A stretch of 64,000 nt of DNA from Takakia lepidozioides (lineage: Eukaryota > Plantae > Bryophyta): assembly GCA_030704615.1 (NCBI GenBank), contig CM060732.1, positions 72,664,001-72,728,000 on the forward strand, written 5' to 3'. Shown here in pieces: positions 1 to 12,800 of the stretch. The notes beneath the pieces are model-generated. The model was given only the letters and a program-made list of their open reading frames with translations. It made no database searches and was not told where the DNA came from. A program made the position numbers and the translations under genes. The number at the start of each line of letters is the position of its first letter. Position 1 is the stretch's first letter.

Positions 1-102
1 ACAATTCAAACGAGATTAATTAAGGCATTCCAAACTCTGTTGAACTGAGTGCTTCGGAAGCAATCCTGTTCCTATACTTCTCGAAATCTTCCACATGTCT
101 GG

Positions 103-965
103 AAGGAAATGAAATGGCATTCTATAGCGTCCACATAAAGCTCAAAGAGCTTATGGGACAAGAGGAAGAAATGAAATGAAATGGTGCTTTATAACGTCCA
201 CGGAAAGCTCATAGAGCTTATGGGACAAAATGGAAGAAAACATGAGAGAGGAAACAAAACCAGAGCCAAAAATAAAGCTATTGTTCGACTGATTGTCTAA
301 GGGTGAAGGCCTTGTGCAGGTGAGCTGCCAAGCATTTCTGATCCTCATAGTGGACGACTTCAGTGAGACCGGGCACCCCGGAATAGAAAATTGAATATCC
401 CATGGATCTCATAGTAGAAAGGCTATGCAAACTGGACATAGGCGGTCCTCGGTTGCAGGTTTTCCCATCTGCCAGTCTCTATCCGTAGGTTGTGGGACAT
501 CTCAGGAAGGCCTTGGAATAGAGAATAGTATCTCCCCCAGATCTCATAGTAGGGATGGAATGAAAGAAATTTTCTTCAGTTTCAATCTTCCTTCTGTCAT
601 TTTTTGAAGCAGGGCACAAGCCATCAGCACACTCCAGGTTGTCCCAGCTACCAATCTCTATCCGCAGACTGTGTGAGACCTTCCTAATGCTTAGGAGGGA
701 TGGGGCTATAGTTGCAATTGGGCTGTAAGATTCTATGATCATGGAGGACAATAGGACAGCAGCTTTGTTTTAAGTTTCCAGGTCCGCCTAACATGAAGCT
801 CCTGCATAAGGAGTTTGTTGCGATTGTGTTGGATTCCAAGCCTTCGCATACTTTGTAGCAGTAGGGAAGCACAGACAGTCCTTTTCCCTCACAGTAGTTG
901 GAGACCCGAGAATAACATGTGGTCTTGAAACCAGCGTTCTCGAGTCTCATAGAGGTTGCCAGGGC
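103..965 (-). mobile_element. LINE-A 3' fragments (stacked, 5'-truncated), (TTTCA)n tails
   Basis: gaaatgaaatgg tails at about 106 and 167; degenerate SH.LRIE.G.W..L..C..C motif on the minus strand. Confidence 0.8.
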
Positions 966-1407
966 TCGGACTGCAATTCAGACAACATCAACGACGCCTG
1001 AAGACATGTGCAGCTGTCCGAGCTCCTCTAAGACAACCTAGCTAGAGTATATGCATTTCTGATTGAGTACCAATCAATGTGCATCTAGTATGTACACATC
1101 TGCTAAACCACACCACTGCTGGTTTGTAAACTTAACGGTTACCCTTGATTAGAGACTGGGTCTCAGCATAACAGGGCTCAGGAAGGCTTCAATTGATGTC
1201 TCTGCAAGTTTCGGCTGCCTATCCAATAGTCATTATGGATATATAACTTGTTCAACGCACTACTCTATTTCCACCCATAGGAAATAGTAAGAGAAGATCG
1301 TTATAAAGAGAAGATCTTTCCAGACAACACAGTCTTTGCCATTTGGGTCAAGGCCCAGCAACCAGCAGAAGTGAGCAAATGAGTTGCCGCTGGAAAGTGC
1401 CACCCAC

Positions 1408-1735
1408 CTTCAAGAGTTGGACGGGAACTGATTGTGGGGGTCTAATTTGTCTACTGGCCTGGAGCTGCCAAGGGGACCTGAAGGCCTGGATCTGCCGTTT
1501 GTCAATTGCTGCAACTGCATCTTCCAGAAATACATTTTGTTGGTTACGAAGGTTCTCCAGGATAGCTGTGATGTACATGCCTTGGTCACGGGGTTCCACC
1601 AGGCACATAGCCAGTGGACAGTTCCCATTCATAGATGGAATGGGCTGCTTGAACTCGTGGCACTCGTACCCTCTCACATTGCCCCGCAATAGGTTCCATG
1701 ACTCTGCAAAGTCGTCGAAGAGTGTCTGCAGCTCC
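1408..1735 (-). CDS. RNF213-like exon 19 (C-terminal region)
   Basis: [11 protein letters not shown]...PLAMCL....G.YI.AIL..L...QN.FL; donor AAG|GTGGGT. Confidence 0.8.
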
Positions 1736-3848
1736 CTTCAGGCATCCACCACTCAACAGCAAATAAATAAGTAGCTGCATGTATCATGGCATTTGAACTT
1801 TCTCTACCCAATCTCACAACAAAGCTCCACTTCTATCGAGAGACATTCTTGGTGCTCGGCGACAATAGAATCTTGAGACCAAATTACCTTTCAGCATCCT
1901 TATCTCCTTCCCTCCTGAGGGCATTGGGGCGGTTCAGGGTGGGTTCCCACAACCTACGGATAGAGACTGGCAGATGGGAAAACCTGCAACGGGAGGACCG
2001 CCTATGTCCAGCTTGCATAGGGTGCAGCCAGGAAATCGAAACTGGAGAACACTTCTTCTACTGCCCTCTATACTACGAGATCCGTGGGAGATTCCACTGT
2101 TTATTCAGTGGAACCCAAACTCTCACTGATGTCTTCCACTATGAGGATAAAAAATGCTTGGCAGCCTACCTGCACGAGGCCTTCACCCTTCGACATTCGC
2201 TAGAACATTAATTGTGGTTTCTGGAATTGTTCCTCTCTCATGTTTCCATTTTGTCCCATAAGCTATGAGCTTTCCGCGGACGTTATAAAGTACCATTTCA
2301 TTTCATTTCTACAGTAAAGAACTCTCTTCTGGCTGCACCATGTGCATACCCCTACAAAGATATTATGTCCACTGGAGGGCCATAGAACCACTGTTCGAAA
2401 TGAGATGAAATGAAATGGTACTTCATAACGTCCGTGGGAAGCTCAAAGTACTCATGCCCAACAATTTACAATCTCATTGCAGAGAACTGGGTGGATGGAA
2501 GAACTGGTACCATGCGAGAAAACACTGTTGATTCAGCTAACAACAGATCATCATCCTCATGGGTATAAAGGAAGAATTCCATAGATAACTGTAGAGGCTA
2601 GATTTGTCGATTGTGAGAGCACTTACTTGTTTCCTCTCAAAAACTCTTCTATGGTTGTTGATGCTGCTGCTGCACGTGTGATTTTGTAGCAGAGTTTTCC
2701 ACTAACAGTGTTACAGAAACGAACAAGGGGCATCAGGTGCTGTATGTTATTCAGGATCTCTTTGTGCTGGAAGAACACTTCTATGATGGGGCTGGCCTCA
2801 ATCCTTTGAGGGTCCTGCATGTACAAAGCCTTAAAGTTTTCAAGAGATGGGCTGATTGTAATACGCAGAAGAGCTCCCATTGCAGTGGGAAATGGTGACA
2901 CCACCCTCTCTTTCAAGGAATCTGCTAGCAAATTGATTCCCTGTTGCTGCTTCAAATATGTGGCTGAAGTTTGATGGACATTTTCAAATGTATGAAGCAT
3001 ATTCTGAAATCCCTTCTCCCAGCTGTCCCTTGCTACAGCGGTGACTAGGGCACCAGTGTGGGGAATAGTAGTCAGTGACGCTACAATACTGTGAATATAA
3101 TGGCATGTAACCTCATGGCTGCAGGAGAGGAGATCGTCCAGTTTGCTCAAATCTTCCTCAATTACTTTCTGTAGCTCATCGGTGATGCAGGAAGCATCCA
3201 CAGGAAGCCCCATTACTTTAGCCAGGTTGCCAGCTCTTTGCCCCATATTAACACCAATCAACAGACAGTAGTGCACTATCAGGCGGAGAGCTCGGTAGCA
3301 TCTCAATTCAAGATGGCGGACTGAATATAAGACATCTGATCGGGCAATGTTGTCAATTATGAAACCTGCACAATGTTCTCCAGGATGAATATCAGTACTC
3401 AGAAAAAAATTCTCGTCTTCAGTCCATGTCATTGTTTCTGATGTCTGATGGATGTTTCTTTCTCGCCTATCCAGGTTGCACAGGGCGCAACCAGGAAATT
3501 GAAACTGAAGAACACTTCTCTATTGCCCTCTATACTATGAGATCCGTGGGAGATTCCACTGTCTATTCCGTGGAACCCAATCTCTCACTGAAGTCTTTCA
3601 CTATGAAGATCAGAAATGCTTGGCAGCTTACCTGCACGAGGCACTCACCCTTAGACAATCACTCGAACAATAGTTTTTATCTCTGGCTCGGGGGGGGGGG
3701 GGGTTGTTTCCTCTCTCATGTTTTCTTCCATTTTGTCCCATAAGCTCTATGAGCTTGCCGCGGACGTTATAAAGCACCATTTCATTTCATTTCTTTGAGT
3801 TATAAAGTACCATTTCATTTCATTTCATTTCCCTTCGGAGACATCTGA

Positions 3849-3880
<32 letters not shown>

Positions 3881-6800
3881 GGCCCCTACGCAAGGATGAC
3901 ACGCACAAATCGAGAAATGGACCAAATTGTTTTAGACATCACATCCAAACAGGATCGCAACCGATTAGAAGGGAGCTTATGGAACTACATGTCAGGAGAA
4001 CTTGGAAGCTACCCAATCTCACGACAAAGCTCCATTTCTATCTAGAGACATTCTTGGTTCTCCGGGATGATAGAATCTTGAGGCCCAATTACCTTTCGGC
4101 ATCTTTATCTCCTTCCCTCCTGAGAGCATTGGGCCGGTTCAGGGTGGGCTCCCACAACCTATGGATAGAGACTGGCAGATGGGAAAGCCTGCAACGGGAG
4201 GACCGCCTATGTCCAGCTTGCACAGGGCGCAACAGGGAAATTGAAACTGAAGAACACTTCTTCTATTGCCCTCTATACTACGAGATCCCTGGGAGATTCT
4301 CACTGAAGTCTTCCACTATGAGGATCAGAAATGCTTGGCAGCTTACATGCACGAGGCCTTCACCCTTAGACAATCACTCGAGCAATAGTTATTATTCTTG
4401 GCTCTGGTTTTGTTTCCTCTCTCGTGTTTTCTTCCATTTTATCCCTCTATGAGCTTTCTGCGGACGTTATAAAGCACCATTTCATCTCATTTCTGTTTCT
4501 TGTTTGCCTTTTGTCCAATAAGCTCTTCGAACTTTCTGCGGACGCAGTCATCTTTCCTCCAAGCAATGCTTGGAGCTAGCGGCACAACTCCATCACACAT
4601 TCTATGTGCAGAGATTGCATGCATGCCACATCAAACCAAGGCCAGCTTCCGGCTTACAATCTTTTTTAAGAGGATACAAGCCCTAAAACCCAAAGGGCAC
4701 ACAGCAGGAGCCCTCACAACATCTATCAAGCTCAGATCAGCAGGTTTCAAGCCCTCCTGGTATAATTGGGTGGGCAGCTTTTGGAGCGCAATAGACTCTC
4801 TGTTGCTTCCCTATTGCCACAAAATACAGAAAGGGTGGAAATCACGTGTAAACAGGATCGCAACCGACTCATTAGAAGAGAACTTATGGAACTTCATGTC
4901 AGGAGCATGGAAGCCAGCCACTCCTACAACAAAACTCCATTTATATCAGGAGACATTCTTAGTTCTCCTTGACAATAGAATCTTGCGGCCTAATTACCTA
5001 TCTGCAACATTATCTCCCTCTCTTCTGAGGGCATTGGGGCAGGTGGGCTCCTACAATTTACGGATAGATTGTACTCATAAGACGTTGTTTGCCGTAGCCT
5101 TGTGGCCATTGACCCCGCGCCCAGTTTGAGCGGGAACAAAAGGACCCTACAATTTACGGATAGAGACTGGTAGGTGGGAAAACCTGCAATGGCCAAACCA
5201 CCTATGCCCAGCATGCACCTGGCGAAACCGGGACATTGAAACTGAAGAATACTTCTTTTACTGCCCTCCCTACTATGAGATCCGTGGGAGATTCAACTGT
5301 CTATTCCGCGAACACCAATCTATCTCAGAAGTCTTCCATTATGAGGATCAGAAATGCTTGGTCACTTACCTGCATGAAGCTTTGACTTGTTTCCTTTTGT
5401 CCTGTAAGCTCTTTGAGGTTTTTGCGGACGTTGTAAAGTACCATTTCATTTCATTTTTTGCAAATCCCTTGAGCAGTAGTTGCTTTTGGGCTGTTTTTTG
5501 GCTCTGGTTTTGTTTCCTCTCTCTCCCTTAGACAATCACTCGAGCAATAGTTTTATTTTTGGCTCTGCCTTTGTTTCCTCTCTCATGTTTTCTTCCCATT
5601 TGTCCCATAAGCTCTATGAGCTTTTGGACGTTATAAAGTACCATTCATTTCATTTCTTTCATTTTTTCTGGGAAATGCTTGACAGTGTCTTTCACCAGGC
5701 ACTCCTCAAAGGGAAATGCAATGAAATGGTGCTTTATAACGTCCGTGGAAAGCTCATTAAGGGACAAAATGGAAGAAAACATGAGAAATGAAATGAAATG
5801 GTGCTTTATAATGTCCGCGGAAAGCTCGTAGAGCTTATGGGACAGAATGGAAGAAAACATGAGAGAGGAACAAATCCAGAAACCACAATTAATGTTCTAG
5901 CGATTGTCTAAGGGTGAAGGCCTCGTGTAGGTAGGCTGCCAAGCATTTTTGATCCTCATAGTGAAAGACATCAGTGAGAGTTTGGGTTCCACTGAATAAA
6001 CAGTGGAATCTCCCACGGATCTCGTAGTATAGAGGGCAGTAGAAGAAGAAGTGTTCTTCAGAGAGGGAAAAAGAAAAGAAATGAAATGGAACCTGATAAC
6101 GTCAGCGAAATAAAAAAGAAAAAGAAAGAAAGAGGCTCAAAGAGCTTATGGGACAGAAGAAAGTAGGATACCAAGAAATGAAAGGGTACTTTATAACGTC
6201 CGCGGAAAGCTCGAAAGTGGGTCCTAAAACAAGCAGCCCAAAAACTAGGATTCAACTTCGAGAGATCCTCTAAGAGAGAGTCTAATTTAGATATCCGGTT
6301 TAGGTCTCAAGCCTAGAGACTCGAACTTTCATGCCTTCATTGCGCTTTTTGGTTGCATCAGGTTATTCCATCTACCAGTCGCTGACGTGATCCCATCCTG
6401 AATCTTCCAAATGGCCATTAAAGAAATGCAGCATGGTGCAAACAAGAGAAATGAAATGAAATGGTACTTCATAACAAGAGAGAGAAGGGGTGAGGGCAGG
6501 GGTGATTACCCTTCTCGATGTAGGTAGCTGGTAACAAGGTGTTGCCACTGGCAAGCCCGTGATGTGTCCCACCAATAGGCCCTTTGCAGTCAGGACACTG
6601 TCCTGCTTGGGCGGGTAGGGTGCACTCTCCAATCACGTACACATGACCGCACTTGCATTTGTATTCACCAATCTTTCGACCTCGTGCAAGAGTATTCTTA
6701 AAAGCAGTCAGAGGGTTGTCAGGGGCCACCAGGACAAATGCTTCAAACAGGTGAGCTGCATCCAGGGCCATGTAACCCTACATGCATCAAGACAATGCAC

Positions 6801-9800
6801 TTGCTTAGCAACTTACCAATTCACATTAAGGCTGAAAATACTGCCTTCCTTGCCAAAACCTTTAGACAAGGATAAAACATCCCAAGAAAATGAGCAATTC
6901 GACTGCACACCATTGTTGGGGGGGGGGGTTTAACGGATGTCGAATTATCATCGGCTCAGCCCACCTGCATAATCTGCAGATGACCTTCATCCCTGGCATG
7001 GGCAACCAAAGTAATCCATAGGTGTACTAGTATCAACAGTGGAACCAGACCTGTAGTGGTGAATTGCTCGGTAAAGATGTCACCACTAACAGCACATGGG
7101 CAGAGATTGATTTGAACCACAAGTCCGGGGTCCGCATACTGGGACTTAGCCGCATAAGGCCTGTAGAGCCAGAGTTAGTGTCTAAGAGAAATTGAATGGC
7201 TTTCCTCCACTTTTGATGCCATTGATACAAATTACTGTTATTTCTCAACCATTCGGCTGCATGTCTCTCTCCATGAGTGAGCTCCCTGGCAGCCTGGACG
7301 AGGTACAGTTTAGATGCCACCGCAGCCGTCATAGGTCCTTGCACTGCTGGGTCAGTTTTAGCGATGGAAGTTTTGATGTTATCCTGTTGGCCACAGGTCA
7401 GGCTCCATAGTAATTCACATGCCTTGTGAAAGCTGGAAGATGAGGACCAAAAGGGGTCAAATCCAAGGGGGTTACTGATTGCTTGCAGAAGTTCCCACTT
7501 TAGCATTAAGGCATATAAACCCAGGGTGTTATGCCTCCCACACTCGAGGGACAAGAGGAGGATGTCCTGCAGTGAAAGCCCGCATCGATTGTGCAGCACC
7601 TTCAGCAAATACTGTTTCAAAGCTGACACCATGTGAGAATTTTTTGAGAACAACTTTGTCAGGCAAGAGGCTACTGCAGAAGCAAAATCCGGATGCAGCA
7701 ACCCGGGCCTTTTCTCATGCACACCTACCAACTCCTCTGCAATAGAATCCAAGATGGCCCGTAAGAGAGCAACAGAGCACACAGCATGGAGGGACAAGGG
7801 CTGGTCGGTTTTCAGCTCGTCTGTAGCTGAAACTAAACACCTCCTGAAAGAGTTATAATCCCATCCTCTGGTGTCTTTCCCTGACAGTAAGCCAGGTCTG
7901 ATGGAGGGTCCCAGTGTCTCATAGATTGAATCGCAAAGAAGGACGAATGCTTTATGGTGTTCACTATCCCACAATTGCTCAGTCACAAACATGCCACCCC
8001 TTGCCTTACTGATATAGAAGACTCGCATATACTGGGGACATACTGTCTCCGAGTCCACAGCAATAGGAAATATGCTTGCATCTAGAAGGCGCAACATAAT
8101 GCTCCTCATCACACATGTTGGGTTATGGCACTGAAAGAGGAAGTTTGCAATTGTGGTGAGGCCATTGACCAATAAATTGCAGCTCAGGCATTTTTCGAAC
8201 AGAGATGCGAGGAAACGGAACCAAAACTCTCGTCCTGCATCCATGAGGAGGTTCAGATCAGGTACAAAGCTCAACACCTCCTCAAGTAATTCCTCGGGTT
8301 TGAAAATCATGCCCCTCATTCTAAACCATTGTGCAAGGTCCTCCAGAACATCTCTGTTCCCCAACAGAGGGGGCATGACCAGGATAGCCAAATCCCGCAA
8401 TACCTCCAACATAAGCATAGTTGACTGGCGGTTTGAGCTTCCTAGAGGCCATGCCAACTTGATGAGGAGGTTCAGCTCTTGCAGCCAATTACTGATGCCG
8501 CCCACTTGATCAATCATCTCCCTTGTGGGCAGCATTGCTAAGCAGCAATTGGAAACTAGGCTCTCATCAAACTGCACAGTTGGAGCTTTATTGACCTTGA
8601 GTTTGTTTAGTTCTAGTGAAATGTGGTGTTCTGGTAGACACAACCCTGCCAGTCGAGTCTGAGCTTCGAGTTTTTCTCCTTTCTCCCACACAAGCACATG
8701 CAGGTCAGAGGCACACATGACCGCTCCACCCATGTTTTCTCTCAATACCCATTCAAATGTCTTAGCTTCTTGCTCCTTCCTTTCATCAGACCTATACACC
8801 GAATATATTTTTGTGAAGTCAGTGACATATTCCTCAAGATGTGACTCAATACAAGGGACAATTGGGCCCAATGATGCATACAGTGCAGCAGAAATATCCT
8901 TGAATATTTTCACAGAAAGCCGTGGGTTGTTGCTTTGGCACTCTGCTTCCCTCTTTCCCTGACTTTTTGCAAGTTCATTCAAATAAAGGTCCCGAAATTT
9001 GGTATCCACATGTCGGGCATATAGGGAACTGAACGGAAGGAGAAGATGAAGCGGACCCATGATCTGGTAACCCTCTGGGTGCTGCGGTGTTGGCACATTG
9101 TCTAGGCACATTATCCCTGGGTTCAAAACAACCTCTTCCCAGACGTGTTTTTTTGCAGAGTCCATGGTGAAGTATGGTCCAAGTGCTGATGCCTTCTCCA
9201 GAACATAGATCAACCTGGCTATAGGCTCTCGAAGTTGCTCTTCTATGTATTGTAAGAAAGCATCATGAATTCTTGAAGAAAGAGAGAGCCGAGCTCGATT
9301 GCATGCCACTGAAGCTTGCCACAAAACCTCCTTGTTCACGGAGAGCCACATCACAGCCCGCTGTTTAAAACACCTCCATAAGTTTCGATCTGTGCAGATT
9401 TGTTGCACCATTTCTTGGCAGTACACTGCTGAGTTTTCTCTGCTAGGGTATTTGATGCATAGAAAACTCCAGATCAGCACTTTCTCCATCATCTTCTCAA
9501 AAGGGATGGTCTCAGATTCCACCAATTCTGCTATGCTGTGGTCTAAGAATTCCCTGCCAAGGAAGAGATTCAGGTTAGTGGATAGTATGAGTTAGAGAGC
9601 TTGCACTGCTGCAAGGACATTTAGGTAGTTTCAACACAGTTTAGACCTTTCCCTCCAGATACCACTTCACAATGATGATAGATGCACCAAAGTTCCATTT
9701 CAATTTCATGCACCAAACCAACAGTGACAGCAAATACAGGCCTTAGAATCAGCCTCTTCAGATGACTGGGAATGGCACGTGAATATTTGGGAGGATGAAG

Positions 9801-12800
9801 GCAGTGAAGACATTAGTTTTGAGACCCACAGGTCTCTTGTGTCATTCTTTGACTGGTCGCTGGAAAATCAACCAAAACTCTTAGCAGGGGTCAATCAATA
9901 TTAGAGCAACAACAAATTTCACGGGAGGCTCACCATCCATACTCTTACCTCAGATCCATATCCTGCCGCTGTAGTTGGTCCAATGTGATCTGCCGCCATC
10001 CACTCAGAAAGGTGAACCCACATCTAATTTCGACCTCACGGTGAGTGTGGATAATGAGCATGACATGCTTCCTTAACTTCTCAGCATCATCAATCTGATC
10101 AAGGGACTCAGCTTCCACCTTTTCAACTAGAAACTTGGCGAGAGGTATGTGCTCTCTGTCCAACACAGCATCAGCTTGCAAAATTAACAGATTGGCAGCA
10201 CTTCCTGACCAAAATTGTTGAATCTGTGCTTCAAGCTGCCTTTCAGAAGAAAAGTCACCCAGCTTCCCTACTTGTACCTGCATACACAGAAACATCAGAT
10301 TAGACAAAAGAAGCTGACCAACTGACCTATGAAAGTTGCTAATTCATCAATCAACTCCTTGAGGTGAGGGATTTGGATTAAGGGTGGGTGATGCCACCAT
10401 ACCAGCCCTTATGTTTCCAGATGACTTCGCAGGCATAGGGGAGACTCCATCCAATCTTCAGGAGTTGATTGATTGCACGAAAAGATACTTTGAAGAGGGT
10501 AGAAGAGATTCTCAAGGATTTGAATCTAAGTCCGCAAGTCTGGACCTGCTGGATAAATGCGACTTAGAGGCTGTAATGTCCATAGCCATGTCTGTTGCCA
10601 GGAAATTGTCTGATGAAATGAAATGGTGCTTTATAACGTCCACGGAAAGCTCGTAGAGCTTATGGAACAAAATGGAAGAAAACATGAGAAAGGAAACAAA
10701 ACCAGAGCCAAAGATAAAAAACTATTGCTCGAGTGATTGTCTAAGGGTGAAGGCCTCATGCAGGTAAGCTGCCAAGCATTTCTGATCCTCATAGTGGAAG
10801 ACTGAAAATGAAAACGAACATGAAGTTAGGCAGAAAACTTCCCTGAACTTGTTTCCAGTCTGTGACATGGGGGAGGCCATCATGGATGACCTCAAGGTAT
10901 TACCCACTCTCGGCACTAGACTGAAATTTAAACTGAGGGCAACAAGCCTACCTTCAACAGCAAATAGAAGCAAGAGGAAAGGGGGATTGCAAATGCCCGT
11001 TGTGTTCCAATTCATTTCATTTGTCATCCATATTCAAAAGCTGCATCGCACATAATTGACAAAAGGGCAGCAGGAACTTGCACTTACATGAAAATCGTGA
11101 ATGTCATTTAGTATGAACTTGATAGGTGCATGGATATTGCAGCGTGTCGTCACAACCACCTTGAAGCCCAGCCCCTTAGACCAGATTTCATTTTTTCCCA
11201 ACTGCAAAAGGTTATCACAACTAGTTACAACATCAGATGCTGCTATTGACGAGTAGCCGACTTAGTGCCTTCTTCAAAGATGGTGGCATGCTGAAACCTC
11301 CACAACCCACTTAAGAGTCTAGTAATCATTCTACCAAACAAGAGGAGGAAAATAAGAGGCAAATTAGTCACCTAGAGGTACAAAGGCATGCTTGCACTGA
11401 AAGTTCCAAATGAGAATATCAAACAGACTTGAACCAATTAACAGGAGATTGACAGCACTTCCATTTGAGTTCCATAAAATCACAAGACCTATTTTATGCT
11501 TGAAAGGTCATATGTTCCACTTCTCCTGGTGGTGGATTGGAGGAGGCGACACATCATGTAGCAATCTTGAAGGATCAGGCTGTGGAGCATCAGTAAAAAT
11601 GAAACAGTACATAGCTGCAACACTCACATCAGAGGAGATCGGCTCTACTACACTCCGAAGGATTTTTTCTCTCTCACAATAGACTCATGTCATCTAATAC
11701 TCCTCTCTTGGTCCTCAACTCAGGTCTTTTTCTTCTCTTTGAGTTTTGCACGGATGTACCAATTCGGGTCATGGTAGGAGGAGTACATTGGCAAGAAGAA
11801 AGTCTGGAAGACATTGCTGGTCTTTCCACTGGCTGAAAAACAGCTCAGTCCATCTTCCCAAATCTGCTACCTCCCTCTGGCAATTTTTGGATTCATAAGC
11901 TCGCACCATGCCATCCGCATATGCTGTGCGCACTAGATCCTCCTTGCACCTTTTCCAACAGGAGAAATTCAGAGAGCTCTCGTTAGGAATTCTGCACATA
12001 CTAAAACAATTATGAGACATACCTGGTGACAAAAAATGCTCCAGGGGGAGCACTGTACTTCTGCCTATGTGTTAACTCCTCCAGATTTCAAATTTCAAAT
12101 TGCAGTGACTTGTCAATGAAATAGCAAGTTAGTGACAAGTCAGTAAGAAGTCTTTGCATAGTGTTCAAAGACATAACTCACAATGGTGAGAAATGAAATG
12201 AAATGAAATGGTACTTTATAATGTCCGCGGAAAGCTCAAAGAGAGGATTTTGTTCATGTCATTGGAAAACAACTTCTCCAAAGAGACCTAAAAGAAAATG
12301 CAAGATACATGGAAAGTAATCAATCTCTTTTGCCTTCATTTTTGTTGGTGCATGCAGCACCAAGTAAATAAACAAGCCAGTCCTGTACCTATTTCAGACC
12401 TCCATGGCCTACCATACCTATAGCAGACATATAGGTTATGCTCATCTTCAGGTCAACATTGGTAGATTGAGGAGGGAAGCCACTGGGTGCAAACTATACC
12501 TGTCAAGAAGCACTGTGAGGTCTGATGCAGTGTTCATCTCCTCATCTTTTGGGAAGTGGAAGAGTAGAAGAGAAGGCAGCGTGTCCTCATGGAAACCAGC
12601 AAACAGGTCACTCTCCTGAAATGGTGGATGTTGGCCGCCACTATCAAGAGAAGAGATGCTTGCCATCTTCCCAACCCATGACTTCAAAGTATTAACAGCC
12701 TGAATCTGCAGCTCTGTAAGCATGCTCTCATAAGTCAAAACTTGTTTCTCGAATCTGTTGACAAAGGGGGGGTCCAGATGGGGTATTTGGCTGAAGTCCA

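Noticed and set aside
3830-3933. Functional U6 snRNA gene
   Set aside because: No upstream promoter elements, several substitutions, and direct fusion to a LINE.
6962-7030. LWLPMPG resembling the RNF213 FLPTMP motif
   Set aside because: Preceded by in-frame stops; the equivalent motif (AFVLVAPD) is in exon 17.
7192-9595. Plus-strand ORFs opposite the large exons
   Set aside because: Antisense shadows of the RNF213-like coding sequence with no motifs.
11521-11581. Possible extra micro-exon [14 protein letters not shown]
   Set aside because: Not needed: exons 13 and 14 join in phase 0, and the donor is weak.
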